Positions 63,981-64,000 of a stretch of 64,000 nucleotides of DNA are shown here, one piece after another (position 1 is the stretch's first letter; each line of letters begins with the position of its first letter). The DNA comes from an uncultured Phycisphaera sp. Its GTDB lineage: Bacteria > Planctomycetota > Phycisphaerae > UBA1845. The stretch lies in contig CAZCST010000017.1 of the NCBI GenBank assembly GCA_964501365.1, positions 25,705 to 89,704 on the forward strand. The letters run 5' to 3'. The notes under the pieces were generated by a model. That model was not told where the DNA came from and searched no databases. It worked only from the letters and a program-made list of their open reading frames with translations. The position numbers and the translations under genes are program-made.

Positions 63981-64000
63981 TCCTAGATAGCGCCGGTATT

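Noticed and set aside
63986-63997. 11-nt match (caatcctagat) to 34843..34854, and an 8-nt match to the tRNA-Asn 3' end, as a possible att site
   Set aside because: Exact 11-mers are expected many times by chance in 64 kb, and the 8-nt match to the tRNA is far too short.

Overview
GC-rich (by eye about 60% GC) bacterial chromosomal window. Gene content looks PVC/Planctomycetota-like: futalosine-pathway menaquinone genes, RCC1 and dockerin-like secreted proteins, a scattered flagellar gene and a minimal dcw cluster. This taxonomic call is inference only. I support about 50 protein-coding genes and 2 tRNAs (Pro-CGG, Asn-GTT). There is no rRNA, no CRISPR array and no intact mobile element. Most genes are housekeeping: rsmH/ftsI, aroA, korAB, a CBS-domain cysteine-synthase family enzyme, mcsAB, queD, glgB, lepA, nrdJ, rpsP-trmD-rplS-yraN, purA, glnA, a UbiD-family decarboxylase, alkaline phosphatase and others. 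Many long ORFs in the supplied track are antisense or out-of-frame shadows typical of GC-rich DNA and are rejected. I did not find a convincing new multi-gene system such as a defence island, secretion system or biosynthetic cluster. The most unusual content is non-coding or repeat-related. (1) A decayed REPtron: the 3' relic of an IS200-like Y1 (RAYT-type) transposase flanked by inverted structured REP units, inside a tandem family of membrane zinc-ribbon genes. (2) Several families of tandem heptanucleotide arrays; one inverted pair sits in-frame inside the UbiD-family gene. (3) A ~219-bp composite repeat present twice in inverted orientation, bracketing 13.9 kb. (4) A hicBA-type module whose toxin carries an in-frame amber codon and which is flanked by 46-bp direct repeats. 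(5) A promoter-to-terminator unit with no ORF, a candidate sRNA, upstream of rpsP. (6) A double-LysM membrane protein inside the minimal dcw cluster. All homology calls come from motif recognition by eye; nothing was searched or computed.
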